Source: Myxococcales bacterium (lineage in GTDB: Bacteria > Myxococcota_A > UBA9160 > UBA4427). Taken from it: 54,341 nucleotides of DNA. This document shows, one piece after another, positions 36,115 through 45,160 of the stretch; within the stretch, counting starts at the first letter, position 1, and every line of letters begins with the position of its first letter. Where the stretch lies: assembly GCA_012959665.1 (NCBI GenBank), contig DUCT01000257.1, positions 1-54,341 on the forward strand, read 5' to 3'. Under the pieces are notes generated by a model. It was not told the origin of the DNA. It searched no databases and saw only the letters and a program-made list of their open reading frames with translations. The position numbers and the translations under genes are program-made.

Positions 36115-37818
36115 ATGGACCCACCCGATCAAAGTCCCACGCGAACCCGGCGGCGCATCTTTCTCGGCTGGTTGTTTCTCGGCTGGTTGTTTCTCGCCGG
36201 GATCGCCGGGTACGCCGCCCTACCCCAGATCGACGCGCTTGGGCTCTACTACGATGAGGCCTTCCTGGCCCAACAGGCCCGGGATTTCGTAGAACCCGGA
36301 CAAGCGGGGCAACACCCAGCCAGCGTGCGCAGCGTCCAACTCATGGGTCGCCCTTTTCCCGTGCGCAATGCGGTCTACCTGGGCTCACTCAAGAGCCAGT
36401 TGCTGATCCCCGCGCTGGCTTTGTCCGGCTCCAGCCCGCGAACGGTTCGCCTCGCGACCTTCGCCACCGCGTGGCTCGCCCTCGGACTCGCGATGCTCTG
36501 GGTCGCTCGCGTCTTTGGGGAAGGCGCCGCCGGACTCATGGGCTTGCTGGTGGCCAGCGATCCGACCTTCTTCTTTCTCTCTCAATTTGAATGGGGTCCC
36601 TTTACGACCAATTTCCTGTGCCGAGCGGGGGCGGCGCTGTGCATCGTCCTGGCCTGGCGAAGCGAGTCGGTTCCCCGGGCCAGCGCCTGGGCCCTGGGCG
36701 GCGGCGCTCTGCTGGGCTTGGGCGTCTTCAGCCGAGCCGATTTCATTCTGATTCCCGGGGCGGCGGGCATCGCCCTGGCCATCCTTCGACCCGATCTGAT
36801 TCGCTCGGCATTTCGCTTTCGCCGTGGCCCCCTGATCGCGGGCACCGCGGCCTTTCTCATAACGGCGCTGCCCATGATTGGTTCGGCGTTCGCACTTCTC
36901 GACAGCGCCGGCGCCACCGCTGATCGGGGAAGTTGGCTCTTCAGGGCCCAGGTTCTCTGGCAGAGCCTCGACGGCTCCCAGTTCCTGCGTCTGATGCAAA
37001 CGGGAGGGCTCTTCAACCGGACTCCCGATGTCCTTGCCCCGGGCGGGTGGCTGGGCTGGATGGTCCTGCCCTCCGCGGGAATTCTGCTCGTCGACTTAAT
37101 CCGCCGGCAGCGCCGAGGCTCACCCGCCCGCCTCGACCCGCGCTCTTTTCTGCTCGGCTTCGCACTCCTGTTGACCTTGGTCATGCTCGCCCTCCCGGGC
37201 GCTGTACGCGCGCATCATCAACTCAACACCCTGCCCCTGCTGCACCTGATCATCGCCTGTGCGGCCCTCACCCTCTGGCGCAGTGGTGGCTCGAGGCTGA
37301 ACCGGCTCGCCCGGGGCGTGGCGTGCGCCGGAATCGCCGGGATCGTGGTGAGCAACCTTGTTCTGATCCGGCACACGGCGCAATTCATCGAGACCACGGG
37401 CGGACGCGGACGCTGGAGCCATGCCCTCGACGAGTTTGCCGGGGAAATTGATCGGGAACCCGCGAATACAGTGGTCAGCCTGGACTGGGGCTTCCACGAA
37501 CCCCTGCTCTTTCTCACCCGCCAAACCCGGCTGGTCGAGAGCATCTGGTCCCTGCCCCAAACTCTGGCCCAGGGAAACCCATGGGTTTTCGATGCCGACG
37601 CTCAGACCGTCTACCTAGTGCACGACATCCCCTACGACCTCTTCGGCTTGGGCCCGAAACTGCTGCTGGCCGCCCGCCTGGCCCAAACCCCCTCCGCCCG
37701 GATCACGCCGCACCGAGACCGAACCGGCGACCCCGCGTTCTACAGCGTGCGCTTCGCCGGCCCCCACCGACTCAGCTACGACGGCCAATTCCGGGTTCGC
37801 CCCAGGTCGGCCCAGTAA
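36115..37818 (+). CDS. GT-C fold polytopic membrane glycosyltransferase (ArnT/PMT_2, GT39/83-like)
   Basis: First-loop LGLYYDEAFLAQQARDF (the acidic DE motif typical of GT-C) and at least 11 TM segments. ATG at 36115. A 15-bp duplication at 36161-36190 encodes FLGWLFLGWL. Confidence 0.65.
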   Translation: MDPPDQSPTRTRRRIFLGWLFLGWLFLAGIAGYAALPQIDALGLYYDEAFLAQQARDFVEPGQAGQHPASVRSVQLMGRPFPVRNAVYLGSLKSQLLIPALALSGSSPRTVRLATFATAWLALGLAMLWVARVFGEGAAGLMGLLVASDPTFFFLSQFEWGPFTTNFLCRAGAALCIVLAWRSESVPRASAWALGGGALLGLGVFSRADFILIPGAAGIALAILRPDLIRSAFRFRRGPLIAGTAAFLITALPMIGSAFALLDSAGATADRGSWLFRAQVLWQSLDGSQFLRLMQTGGLFNRTPDVLAPGGWLGWMVLPSAGILLVDLIRRQRRGSPARLDPRSFLLGFALLLTLVMLALPGAVRAHHQLNTLPLLHLIIACAALTLWRSGGSRLNRLARGVACAGIAGIVVSNLVLIRHTAQFIETTGGRGRWSHALDEFAGEIDREPANTVVSLDWGFHEPLLFLTRQTRLVESIWSLPQTLAQGNPWVFDADAQTVYLVHDIPYDLFGLGPKLLLAARLAQTPSARITPHRDRTGDPAFYSVRFAGPHRLSYDGQFRVRPRSAQ

Positions 37819-37838
37819 GCCAGTCCCCGGCGGCGCGC

Positions 37839-40148
37839 TCAGCGTCCGGGCACCCGCACCTCAGCCCCCGCAAGGACCGCCGACTCGGGAACCCACAAAC
37901 GCTCAATCCCATCGTTCCGCTTGACCCGATAAGGTCCCGCCGCCTGGGTCCGTCGAGGGGTCTCGGAAAAAGCCGCCCGGTCGGTTGAGTACGGAAGACG
38001 CAGCACGGCTTCGCCGCTTTCATCCGCCACCGCGCGGGCCGCGTAGCCGAAGACCCGTCCCCGGTTCGAGCGCAGATCCAACGAGACCTCCACGGTCTCG
38101 CCCGGGAGCGCCTCGATCACCGCGCGCGCGCCGGGAACAATTTGAAAGAGCTTGTAGGCAACCCCGGCTGCCGACTGGGGACGAAAAATTTCGCTCACCC
38201 CCGCGCCGCCGGGAAGCGACTCACCCAAGAGCCGAAAGCGTGTCAACCCGGGCCGGCTGCCCGTGGCCCGCCCATCGTGGGCATGCAGTTGTCCGGCCAC
38301 CGACCAGGGCGCCTCCTGGGAGGTCGTGATCAGATACCGGCCCGCCAACACGTCCGCCCAGCCAAGCGCCCGGGCCTCTGTGCGAGCCTCGAGGAAAGCA
38401 AGCGAGGCGTCCCAATTTTTCCGGCCGATGTACCACCAAAAAGGATCCGTCGCGGTAGCCCTTCGGGCGCCGTACTGGATCGCGTGGCCAAGATTCGCGT
38501 GGGCGATCACCCCGTAAGCAGGCGGCGGCCCCGGCGACAGGTAAGCTCCGGTCTCCGGCGTCAGCGCACGGACATCGGCCATGAAGCCGGACAATGTCGC
38601 GGCGACGCTGCGGGTCGCTGCCCATGAGGGCGCCCGGTCGGCTTCGAGTGCGGCCAGGGAACTGCGCGCGCGCGGGCCGTAGACCGCGATCAGAACGGGC
38701 CACAGCAAAACGACAAGGAGCACCACCACCCCCGCTGCCCGAGCCGCGGCCCGAAGAAAGGGGCCGCGAATCCGACCGCTGAGCACGCGAACGACGCCGA
38801 TGGCCGCTACCCCGAAGAACAACGCGAAAGCCGGCGCAAAGTCATTGCCGTAGCGCCTCTGGCCCAGGGTCAGCAAGGCGAAGAAAAGCCCCCAGCTCCC
38901 GAGCAGAATGGCGCTCGCGCCGGTCGGTCGCCCGCCGCCGCGAGAACCCGCCAGACCGAAGACTGCCGCCGGGGCAAAGGGAATCGTGTACACGAGCCAG
39001 CCCCAGGAGCGCACCGGGTTGGCCCCGGCCACGCCCGCAGCCGGGGCAAAGAGCGGCCTCTGCTCGCCGGTCACCGCCCCCACACCGTCGGTCTGGAAAA
39101 GAAACTGGAAGGCCGGCTCGAGCCCATCGCGGACCTCGGGCACGAGCATCGCCCCGCACACCCCCACGGCCCCAGTTCCCGCGGCCACGAGTCCCCGGCG
39201 AAGAATTCCGCCCTCGGGCAGCCTCCACTCGCTGAGCCAAAGCGCCGTCGCCACAACCGCCACGGCCCCGGTGGCCAACACATGAAGCCAAGAAAGAGCG
39301 ATGGACGAAAACCAGCCGCCCAGGGGCTCGGGCGAGAAAAGCACCCCGGGCACCAGCAAAAGGCTGCAGGCCCCAGCCGCCGCTGCCTGGGCGACTAGAA
39401 CGCGCTGGCCGCCCCGAATAATTCCGACAGCGATCAGCAGGAAGTTCGCCAGGCCCAGATACAAGAGGCTGCCGTGCCAAGTCAGCAGCAGGAGAAGCTG
39501 CGCGGCCCCGAGCAATCCCCCCCAGCCCCTCACCCGGCGCTGCCCGGCGTCGGCCTCGAGAAGCCCCAGGCACGCCAGCAACAGCCAAGCACCCAGCATC
39601 GCCACCGCCGAGTGGTGATCGGGATTGCCAACCCGGGAATAGGCAACGCCGATGGGCAGGCACGCATAACACAGGGCCGCGGCGAAACCGACGCTCCGGG
39701 AACCCAGTAGGCTGCCCGCCCAATACACGGGGATCAGGGTAAGCGCGCCGCAGGCGGGTCCCGCCCAGGCGGCAACCTGTTCAAAGCCCCGGGGTGTGTC
39801 CGCCAAAAGGCGGGCGACGCTTCCCAGCACAAAATCGAAGAGGGGCGCCCAGGGGACAGACGCTCCGCCGGGATAATTGATGTAGGGATCAAAGAGCAGA
39901 ACCGCGGGAAAGTTGGCGAAAGTGTAGAACGCCCGGCGCAGATGGTATTGCGCGTCGGCGGGCGGGAAGACCACTTCGTCCCCCACGAAAACGAATTCAA
40001 AACCCAGGGAACGAATCCCCAGGGCGAGGGCCATCAAGCACGCGAGACCCAGACCGACCCCGGCCCACCCAAAGGCCGCGGACCCCGGGGACTCCAATGG
40101 CTTGCTCATTGTGGCCTGCTCATTGTCATCCGGCCCTCGTGCAAACAA
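37839..40148 (-). CDS. STT3/AglB-like oligosaccharyltransferase homologue with a non-canonical WWDYG position
   Basis: About 13 TM segments plus a roughly 280-aa C-terminal soluble domain. Motifs are PPADAQYHLRR and LFDPYINYPGG (EL1), SRVGNPDHH, and TGEQRP (compare SVAEHQP/TIxE). Where VxSWWDYGH is expected, the sequence reads VIAHANLGHAIQYGARR (38484-38507). Confidence 0.6.
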   Translation of the reverse strand: MFARGPDDNEQATMSKPLESPGSAAFGWAGVGLGLACLMALALGIRSLGFEFVFVGDEVVFPPADAQYHLRRAFYTFANFPAVLLFDPYINYPGGASVPWAPLFDFVLGSVARLLADTPRGFEQVAAWAGPACGALTLIPVYWAGSLLGSRSVGFAAALCYACLPIGVAYSRVGNPDHHSAVAMLGAWLLLACLGLLEADAGQRRVRGWGGLLGAAQLLLLLTWHGSLLYLGLANFLLIAVGIIRGGQRVLVAQAAAAGACSLLLVPGVLFSPEPLGGWFSSIALSWLHVLATGAVAVVATALWLSEWRLPEGGILRRGLVAAGTGAVGVCGAMLVPEVRDGLEPAFQFLFQTDGVGAVTGEQRPLFAPAAGVAGANPVRSWGWLVYTIPFAPAAVFGLAGSRGGGRPTGASAILLGSWGLFFALLTLGQRRYGNDFAPAFALFFGVAAIGVVRVLSGRIRGPFLRAAARAAGVVVLLVVLLWPVLIAVYGPRARSSLAALEADRAPSWAATRSVAATLSGFMADVRALTPETGAYLSPGPPPAYGVIAHANLGHAIQYGARRATATDPFWWYIGRKNWDASLAFLEARTEARALGWADVLAGRYLITTSQEAPWSVAGQLHAHDGRATGSRPGLTRFRLLGESLPGGAGVSEIFRPQSAAGVAYKLFQIVPGARAVIEALPGETVEVSLDLRSNRGRVFGYAARAVADESGEAVLRLPYSTDRAAFSETPRRTQAAGPYRVKRNDGIERLWVPESAVLAGAEVRVPGR

Positions 40149-40175
40149 GCCACCGGCCCGGTACCCGGGCGCGCA

Positions 40176-40775
40176 TCACGCCGCGGGAACGAGCCCGGTG
40201 GGCTCGTCGACCAGACGGTAACGGCGACCGCAGCGGCAGGCGAGGTCGGCCCCCAGAGAGGCGGCGCACTCGCACACCCAGGCGATCCGCCGGGCGGGAT
40301 TCCCCGCCACCAGAGCGTGGGCCGGCACGTCCCGGGTCACTACGGCACCCGCCGCCACGAAGGCATGCTCGCCGACTGTGTGGCCGCAAACCACGGTGAC
40401 ATTCGCGCCCAGGGACGCCCCGCGACAAATCCGGGTGGGAACGAATTCCGCCGGCGGCAGGGCCCGAACCGCCCGGGGGCGTAGGTCATTGGTGAAGGTG
40501 GCGTTGGGGCCGACGAAAACGTCGTTCTCGAGTTCGACCCCATCCCACACCTGGACGCCGTTCTTGACCACCACCCCATCGCCAACCACCGCGCCGTCCT
40601 CGATGAAGGTTTGGCCACAAAGGTTGCAGTTGCGCCCGACGACGGCTCCAGCCATCACGTGGGACAGAGCCCAGACCCGGGTTCCGGCGCCCACCGTTTC
40701 GCTCTCGCACAGGGCATGGGGATGGACGAAAACTCCGTCCGGTCTCTCTGTCAGGCTCAATTCATGCTCTCCCAT
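40176..40775 (-). CDS. Left-handed beta-helix N-acetyltransferase, WbpD/WlbB-like
   Basis: Hexapeptide repeats: VGAGTRVWALSHVMAGAVVGRNCNLCGQTFIEDGAVVGDGVVVKNGVQVWDGVELENDVFVGPNATFTND. Confidence 0.75.
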   Translation of the reverse strand: MGEHELSLTERPDGVFVHPHALCESETVGAGTRVWALSHVMAGAVVGRNCNLCGQTFIEDGAVVGDGVVVKNGVQVWDGVELENDVFVGPNATFTNDLRPRAVRALPPAEFVPTRICRGASLGANVTVVCGHTVGEHAFVAAGAVVTRDVPAHALVAGNPARRIAWVCECAASLGADLACRCGRRYRLVDEPTGLVPAA

Positions 40776-41877
40776 TTTTCACGGCAGCGGCTAGAACCGC
40801 CACCACCCTCTCCTGCTGTTCCGGGCGAATGCCCGGGAAGATAGGCAACGAAATCATCTCGTCCGACGCCCTTTCGGCCCGGGGAAAATCGCCGACGCCA
40901 TGGCCCAGAAACTCAAAAGCCCCCAAGCGGTGAATCGGATGTGGGTAGTGGATGCCCGCACCCACTTGCTCGGCGTGAAGAGCCGCCAGAACCCGGTCCC
41001 GCTCGGCCACCCGTATGGCATAGATATGCCAGACATGGCCCTCGTCTCGATTTCCGAAGGGGAGCCCGACACCTTCGAGGGGGGCCAGTAGAGCATCGTA
41101 GAGAACAGCGGCCGCCCGCCGCGCCTGATTCCAGGCGTCCAGACGACGAAGTTTCGCCAAAAGGACCACCGCCTGCAGAGCATCGAGGCGCGAATTGAAT
41201 CCGACCTGGGGGTGCTCGTATTTCACTTCGCTCCCGTAGTTGCGGAGCCGCCGGACGCGGTCCGCGAGTTCGGGGTTCCGCGTGGTCACCGCGCCCGCAT
41301 CCCCATAGGCACCGAGGTTTTTGCCCGGATAAAAACTGGTTCCGGCGAGTTCGCCGAACCCCCCGGCGGCCCGGCCATTCCGACGTGCCCCCTGGGCCTG
41401 GGCGGCGTCCTCGATGAGCGCAATTCCCGCATCCGCGGCCAGCGCCTCAAAATCCTCCTGGGCCGCGAGTTCACCAAAGAGGTCCACGCCCATCAGCGCA
41501 CGGGTCTGAGGGCCAATCCGCTCGGCAACACCTGGGAGGTCCAACCCGGTTCCCGCTTCGGCGCAGTCGACCAAAACCGGGCGCGCGCCCGCGCGCAGAA
41601 CGGCCAGGGCCGAGGCCACGAAGGTATTCGCCGGCAGGATGACCTCGTCGCCGGCGCCGATTTCCAGGGCACGCAGTCCCAATTCCAGGGCATCGGTTCC
41701 ATTGGCGACCCCGATGCAATGCTCGACGCCGCAGAATCCGGCGTATTCGTTTTCGAACTCGGCGACCGTCGGGCCGAGAACGAACTCCCCCGCCTCCATC
41801 AGACGCTCGAAACCTTCGCGAACCTCCACCCGGATTTCCCGGTGCTGGAGCGAAAGATCCACCAGGGGAATCTTCAT
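40762..41877 (-). CDS. DegT/DnrJ/EryC1/StrS-family sugar aminotransferase, WbpE-like
   Basis: MKIPLVDLSLQHREI, GVANGTDALEL and SFYPGKNLGAYGDAG (PLP-Lys). ATG at 41877 overlaps the upstream stop (ATGA). Confidence 0.85.
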   Translation of the reverse strand: MKIPLVDLSLQHREIRVEVREGFERLMEAGEFVLGPTVAEFENEYAGFCGVEHCIGVANGTDALELGLRALEIGAGDEVILPANTFVASALAVLRAGARPVLVDCAEAGTGLDLPGVAERIGPQTRALMGVDLFGELAAQEDFEALAADAGIALIEDAAQAQGARRNGRAAGGFGELAGTSFYPGKNLGAYGDAGAVTTRNPELADRVRRLRNYGSEVKYEHPQVGFNSRLDALQAVVLLAKLRRLDAWNQARRAAAVLYDALLAPLEGVGLPFGNRDEGHVWHIYAIRVAERDRVLAALHAEQVGAGIHYPHPIHRLGAFEFLGHGVGDFPRAERASDEMISLPIFPGIRPEQQERVVAVLAAAVKNGRA

Positions 41878-42917
41878 TCGCTCGGCACCCCCACTTCGCG
41901 TCCGCCCTCGCGCATTGAAAGAGAAAGCGCATCGAGCACCCGTACCACCGCCAAGCCCGCCCGGCCGTCGGAAATCGGTGTTGCCAGCCCCGACACACAG
42001 TCGAGGAAATGCTCGCATTCGTTGCGCAGGGGTTCGCTTTTCGCCACGACGGGTTCGGTGACCTCGCCCAGGTGGACACTGGTCCGAAAAGAGGAGAAGG
42101 AATCGATCAGCCCCGGACTGTCGGCTCCCCCCTTCGCGTGAAACTCCGACACCTGCTTATCGTGCAGACGGAGCGGGGTTTCCAGGTCGACATCGTCGAA
42201 GGTCAGCATCTTCTTTTCGCCGACTACGGTGATATCCCTCGACTTGCGCGGATTAAGCCACGAGGCGTGCAGGTTCACCAGGACACCGTTCGGATAGCGA
42301 AGTGTCGCAAAAACCACGTCGGCGATTCCCGGGTTGATAAACTCCCCGCCCATCGCCGAGACCGAGGTGGGCCAGGCATCCAACCAGAAACTCGCCAACG
42401 AAATATCGTGGGCGGCCAGGTCCCAAGCCGCATCGACATCGGTCCGGATGGGTCCCAGATTGGTTCGCACCATGGAGATGTAGTAGATGCGACCGAGTTC
42501 ATCCTCTTCGATGAAATCCCGCACCCTGCGCGAAGCCTCGTTGTAGAGGAAAACGTGGCCGACCATCAAAACCACACCCTTGTTTTCCGCCAGCGCGCAG
42601 AGTTCACGACTGGAGACCACCGAATCGGTCAGGGGCTTCTCGACCAGAACGTGCTTGCCCTGGGCCATGGCCCGACGAGCCAGTTCGAAATGGCTGGAGG
42701 TGGGGGTCGCAATCACCACCCCATCGAGTTCGGCATCCTCCACCACGGACTCGAAGTCCGTCCGAACCTCCACCGAAGGAAAACGGGCCCGGATCGCGGC
42801 GAGCCGATTCTCGTCCCGGTCGACCACGTAACGCACCCGACTGCGGCCGCTCATGGAAAAATTGTTAATGAGATTGGGCCCCCAATGCCCAGCGCCCACC
42901 ACGGCCAATTCGATCAT
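41874..42917 (-). CDS. Gfo/Idh/MocA-family NAD-dependent sugar oxidoreductase, WbpB-like
   Basis: MIELAVVGAGHWGPNLI Rossmann N-terminus and the EKPL motif (VLVEKPLT). It sits directly upstream of the aminotransferase and acetyltransferase. Confidence 0.8.
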   Translation of the reverse strand: MIELAVVGAGHWGPNLINNFSMSGRSRVRYVVDRDENRLAAIRARFPSVEVRTDFESVVEDAELDGVVIATPTSSHFELARRAMAQGKHVLVEKPLTDSVVSSRELCALAENKGVVLMVGHVFLYNEASRRVRDFIEEDELGRIYYISMVRTNLGPIRTDVDAAWDLAAHDISLASFWLDAWPTSVSAMGGEFINPGIADVVFATLRYPNGVLVNLHASWLNPRKSRDITVVGEKKMLTFDDVDLETPLRLHDKQVSEFHAKGGADSPGLIDSFSSFRTSVHLGEVTEPVVAKSEPLRNECEHFLDCVSGLATPISDGRAGLAVVRVLDALSLSMREGGREVGVPSE

Positions 42918-42984
42918 TCCCGGTCTTCTCCCATCTCCCGGCCGACTCTTCCTCCGCCCCGGGTCATCGTTTCCCCAGGGCCGA

Positions 42985-43707
42985 TCATTTCCGAATCCCC
43001 AGGCCGAGATAGACAAGGGGTTTGAGCATGGACCACCAGCCGGTGACCGGTTTCATCTTCGTCTGGCCCTGAGCCTTAGGGGGATAGATCTTCGTCACCG
43101 CCACTTCCTCGGTGCGATATCCCAGGCGAATCGCCCGAATGTAGAGATAGGGCTCGAGTTCGTACTCGTCCAGCCAGGCTTGGTCCAGAGTGAGCCGCGA
43201 ATCCTCAAGGATGGAGCAACGCAGCGCCCGGAAACCATTGGTCGACTCGCTCACTCGCCGGCCCGCCACTGCGGAAAAGAGCCAGGGATGAACCCGGGTG
43301 GCAATTTTTCGGTAGAAGGGCATGGGGCCAAAGTGCGCGTTGCTCTTCAGGAAGCGGGAGCCCTGAACGAAATCCGCGCGGCCCTGGGCGATGGGATCGA
43401 GCAGCAAAGGAATTTCCTCGGGCGAATCCTTGTTGTTGCCCGCCATGACCACCGCCACATCGAAGCCGCCGGCCAACGCCAACCCGTAACCGGCGCGTAT
43501 GGCCGCCCCCACCCCCGCGATGCGACCCATGGAATGGACCCGGGCCCCCTCCTCCCGCGCCACCGCGGCCGAACGATCCGTCGAGCCATCGTCCACTACA
43601 AGGATTTCATCGACCAGAGGGCGCGGCGTGCGCCGCACGACCTCGCGAATCTTCTGCTCTTCATCGAGAACCGGCGCAATCGCCATCACGGAAAGGCCTT
43701 TGTACAC
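42985..43707 (-). CDS. Small soluble GT2 glycosyltransferase (DPM1-like polyprenyl-phosphate sugar synthase type)
   Basis: IAPVLDEEQKI and ILVVDDGSTDRS; about 235 aa. An alternative ATG lies at 43686. Confidence 0.75.
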   Translation of the reverse strand: MYKGLSVMAIAPVLDEEQKIREVVRRTPRPLVDEILVVDDGSTDRSAAVAREEGARVHSMGRIAGVGAAIRAGYGLALAGGFDVAVVMAGNNKDSPEEIPLLLDPIAQGRADFVQGSRFLKSNAHFGPMPFYRKIATRVHPWLFSAVAGRRVSESTNGFRALRCSILEDSRLTLDQAWLDEYELEPYLYIRAIRLGYRTEEVAVTKIYPPKAQGQTKMKPVTGWWSMLKPLVYLGLGIRK

Positions 43708-43741
43708 GTGCGCAGTGTATCACCCAAGCCCGGAACCGGAA

Positions 43742-45160
43742 TCAGGAACCCGGATCGGTGCTGGGCTCCCGCCCTTCGATGTCACTTTCCAGCGGCGCCT
43801 CGTAACCCAGGGCCCGCAATTCCTCGATGTGCTCCGGGGCCATGGGGCCGGCCAACACCCGGGGAACGCGACGCTCGAGATAGTCGACCAGACCCCGGAA
43901 AGCCCGGGAATCCAGCTCCGCCGGACGCCACTCCCCCCCGGCTCCAAGCCGGGCGGTCTCGGATTGGGTGGGCCTTCCCGGCCCATCGGCCCGATCCGAG
44001 AGATCGGAGCCCGCGATCCGGGTCCAGGCACCCGATCCGTAGGCGGCGCTCTCGCCGTCGGTGTCGCAGAAGATCAGCCGATCCTCGGGAACCTCTTCAC
44101 CCCGCAACTGCGCGCGAAGGGGTCGGCCACTCGCCCCGGGCAAACCCGGCAGCCCCGCCAGGGCGAGCAAGGTCGGCGCGATGTCCACATGGCTCACCGG
44201 CCCGGCGATCCGCCCGGGCACCAGGCCCGGTGCCGCGACGATGAAGGGCACCCGGGCCAGTTCCGGGGACGTGGACTGGCCGTGCTGAAAGAACCATCCA
44301 TTTTCGCCCAGGCTTTCCCCATGGTCCGCCGTGAGCAGGATGACGCTGCCCCGCTCACCGCTGCGCTTCTCGACGGCGGAGATCACCTGGCCCGCCCAGT
44401 GATCCGCGTATTGAATCTCTTCGGCGTAACGGGCCGCATAGAGCGCGGGATCGCGCATTTCACCCAGGGCCTGGTAAAAGGGAATGCCCGCCCGACCAAA
44501 ATTTTCCGAGAGCACCACGAGGTCGCTCTGCAGTTTCAGGGGCACCCGGTCGACCTTGCCCGACCACCCGGGCGGGGGCGTGTAGGGACCGTGGGGATCC
44601 TGGAGGTGAAGCCAGAGAAAGATCGGCTTGCCCGGCGAACGCCCCCCCAACCAGGCCAGGGCCCGGCGGGCGGTGGCTTCGGCAAAGCGTTCGAAGTAGC
44701 GATCGCGATTCTGCTCCTGGGCGGGCAGCTCGTCGTCGTAGGTCTCAAAGCCGCGATCCAGGCCCATCCTTCGGCGCAGGACAACATTGCTGATGAAAGC
44801 CGCGGTTTCGTAGCCCGCCTCGGCGAAATGCTCGGCCAGGGTGGGAAGCCCTTCGAGTCGCGTGTCCCCGTTGCGCGACCCCACCGAATGTTCGCGTACG
44901 TACCGCGAAGTCATGATGGACGCGTGGGCCGGAGCGGTCAGGGTCGCCGCCGCAATCGCGTTCTCAAAAAGAACGCCCCGGGCCGCCAACGCGTCCATGG
45001 ACGGTGTGATCTCCAGGGGAAATCCGTAGGCGTGAATGTAATCCGGCCGGAGCGTATCCACGGTGATCAGCAGTACATCGGCGCCCGGCGCCTGAACCTG
45101 CGCTCGGCAAGCGAACTGCAGCACCAGGAGCCCAAGCAGAGCGGGAAGTCCCCTTCTCAT
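43742..45160 (-). CDS. Secreted sulfatase-fold (alkaline phosphatase superfamily) protein with Thr-x-Pro-x-His in place of Cys-x-Pro-x-Arg
   Basis: Signal peptide, LLITVDTLRPDYIHAYGF and TADHGE. The nucleophile region reads ATLTAPAHASIMTS. The C-terminal region carries LRALGY. Confidence 0.8.
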   Translation of the reverse strand: MRRGLPALLGLLVLQFACRAQVQAPGADVLLITVDTLRPDYIHAYGFPLEITPSMDALAARGVLFENAIAAATLTAPAHASIMTSRYVREHSVGSRNGDTRLEGLPTLAEHFAEAGYETAAFISNVVLRRRMGLDRGFETYDDELPAQEQNRDRYFERFAEATARRALAWLGGRSPGKPIFLWLHLQDPHGPYTPPPGWSGKVDRVPLKLQSDLVVLSENFGRAGIPFYQALGEMRDPALYAARYAEEIQYADHWAGQVISAVEKRSGERGSVILLTADHGESLGENGWFFQHGQSTSPELARVPFIVAAPGLVPGRIAGPVSHVDIAPTLLALAGLPGLPGASGRPLRAQLRGEEVPEDRLIFCDTDGESAAYGSGAWTRIAGSDLSDRADGPGRPTQSETARLGAGGEWRPAELDSRAFRGLVDYLERRVPRVLAGPMAPEHIEELRALGYEAPLESDIEGREPSTDPGS

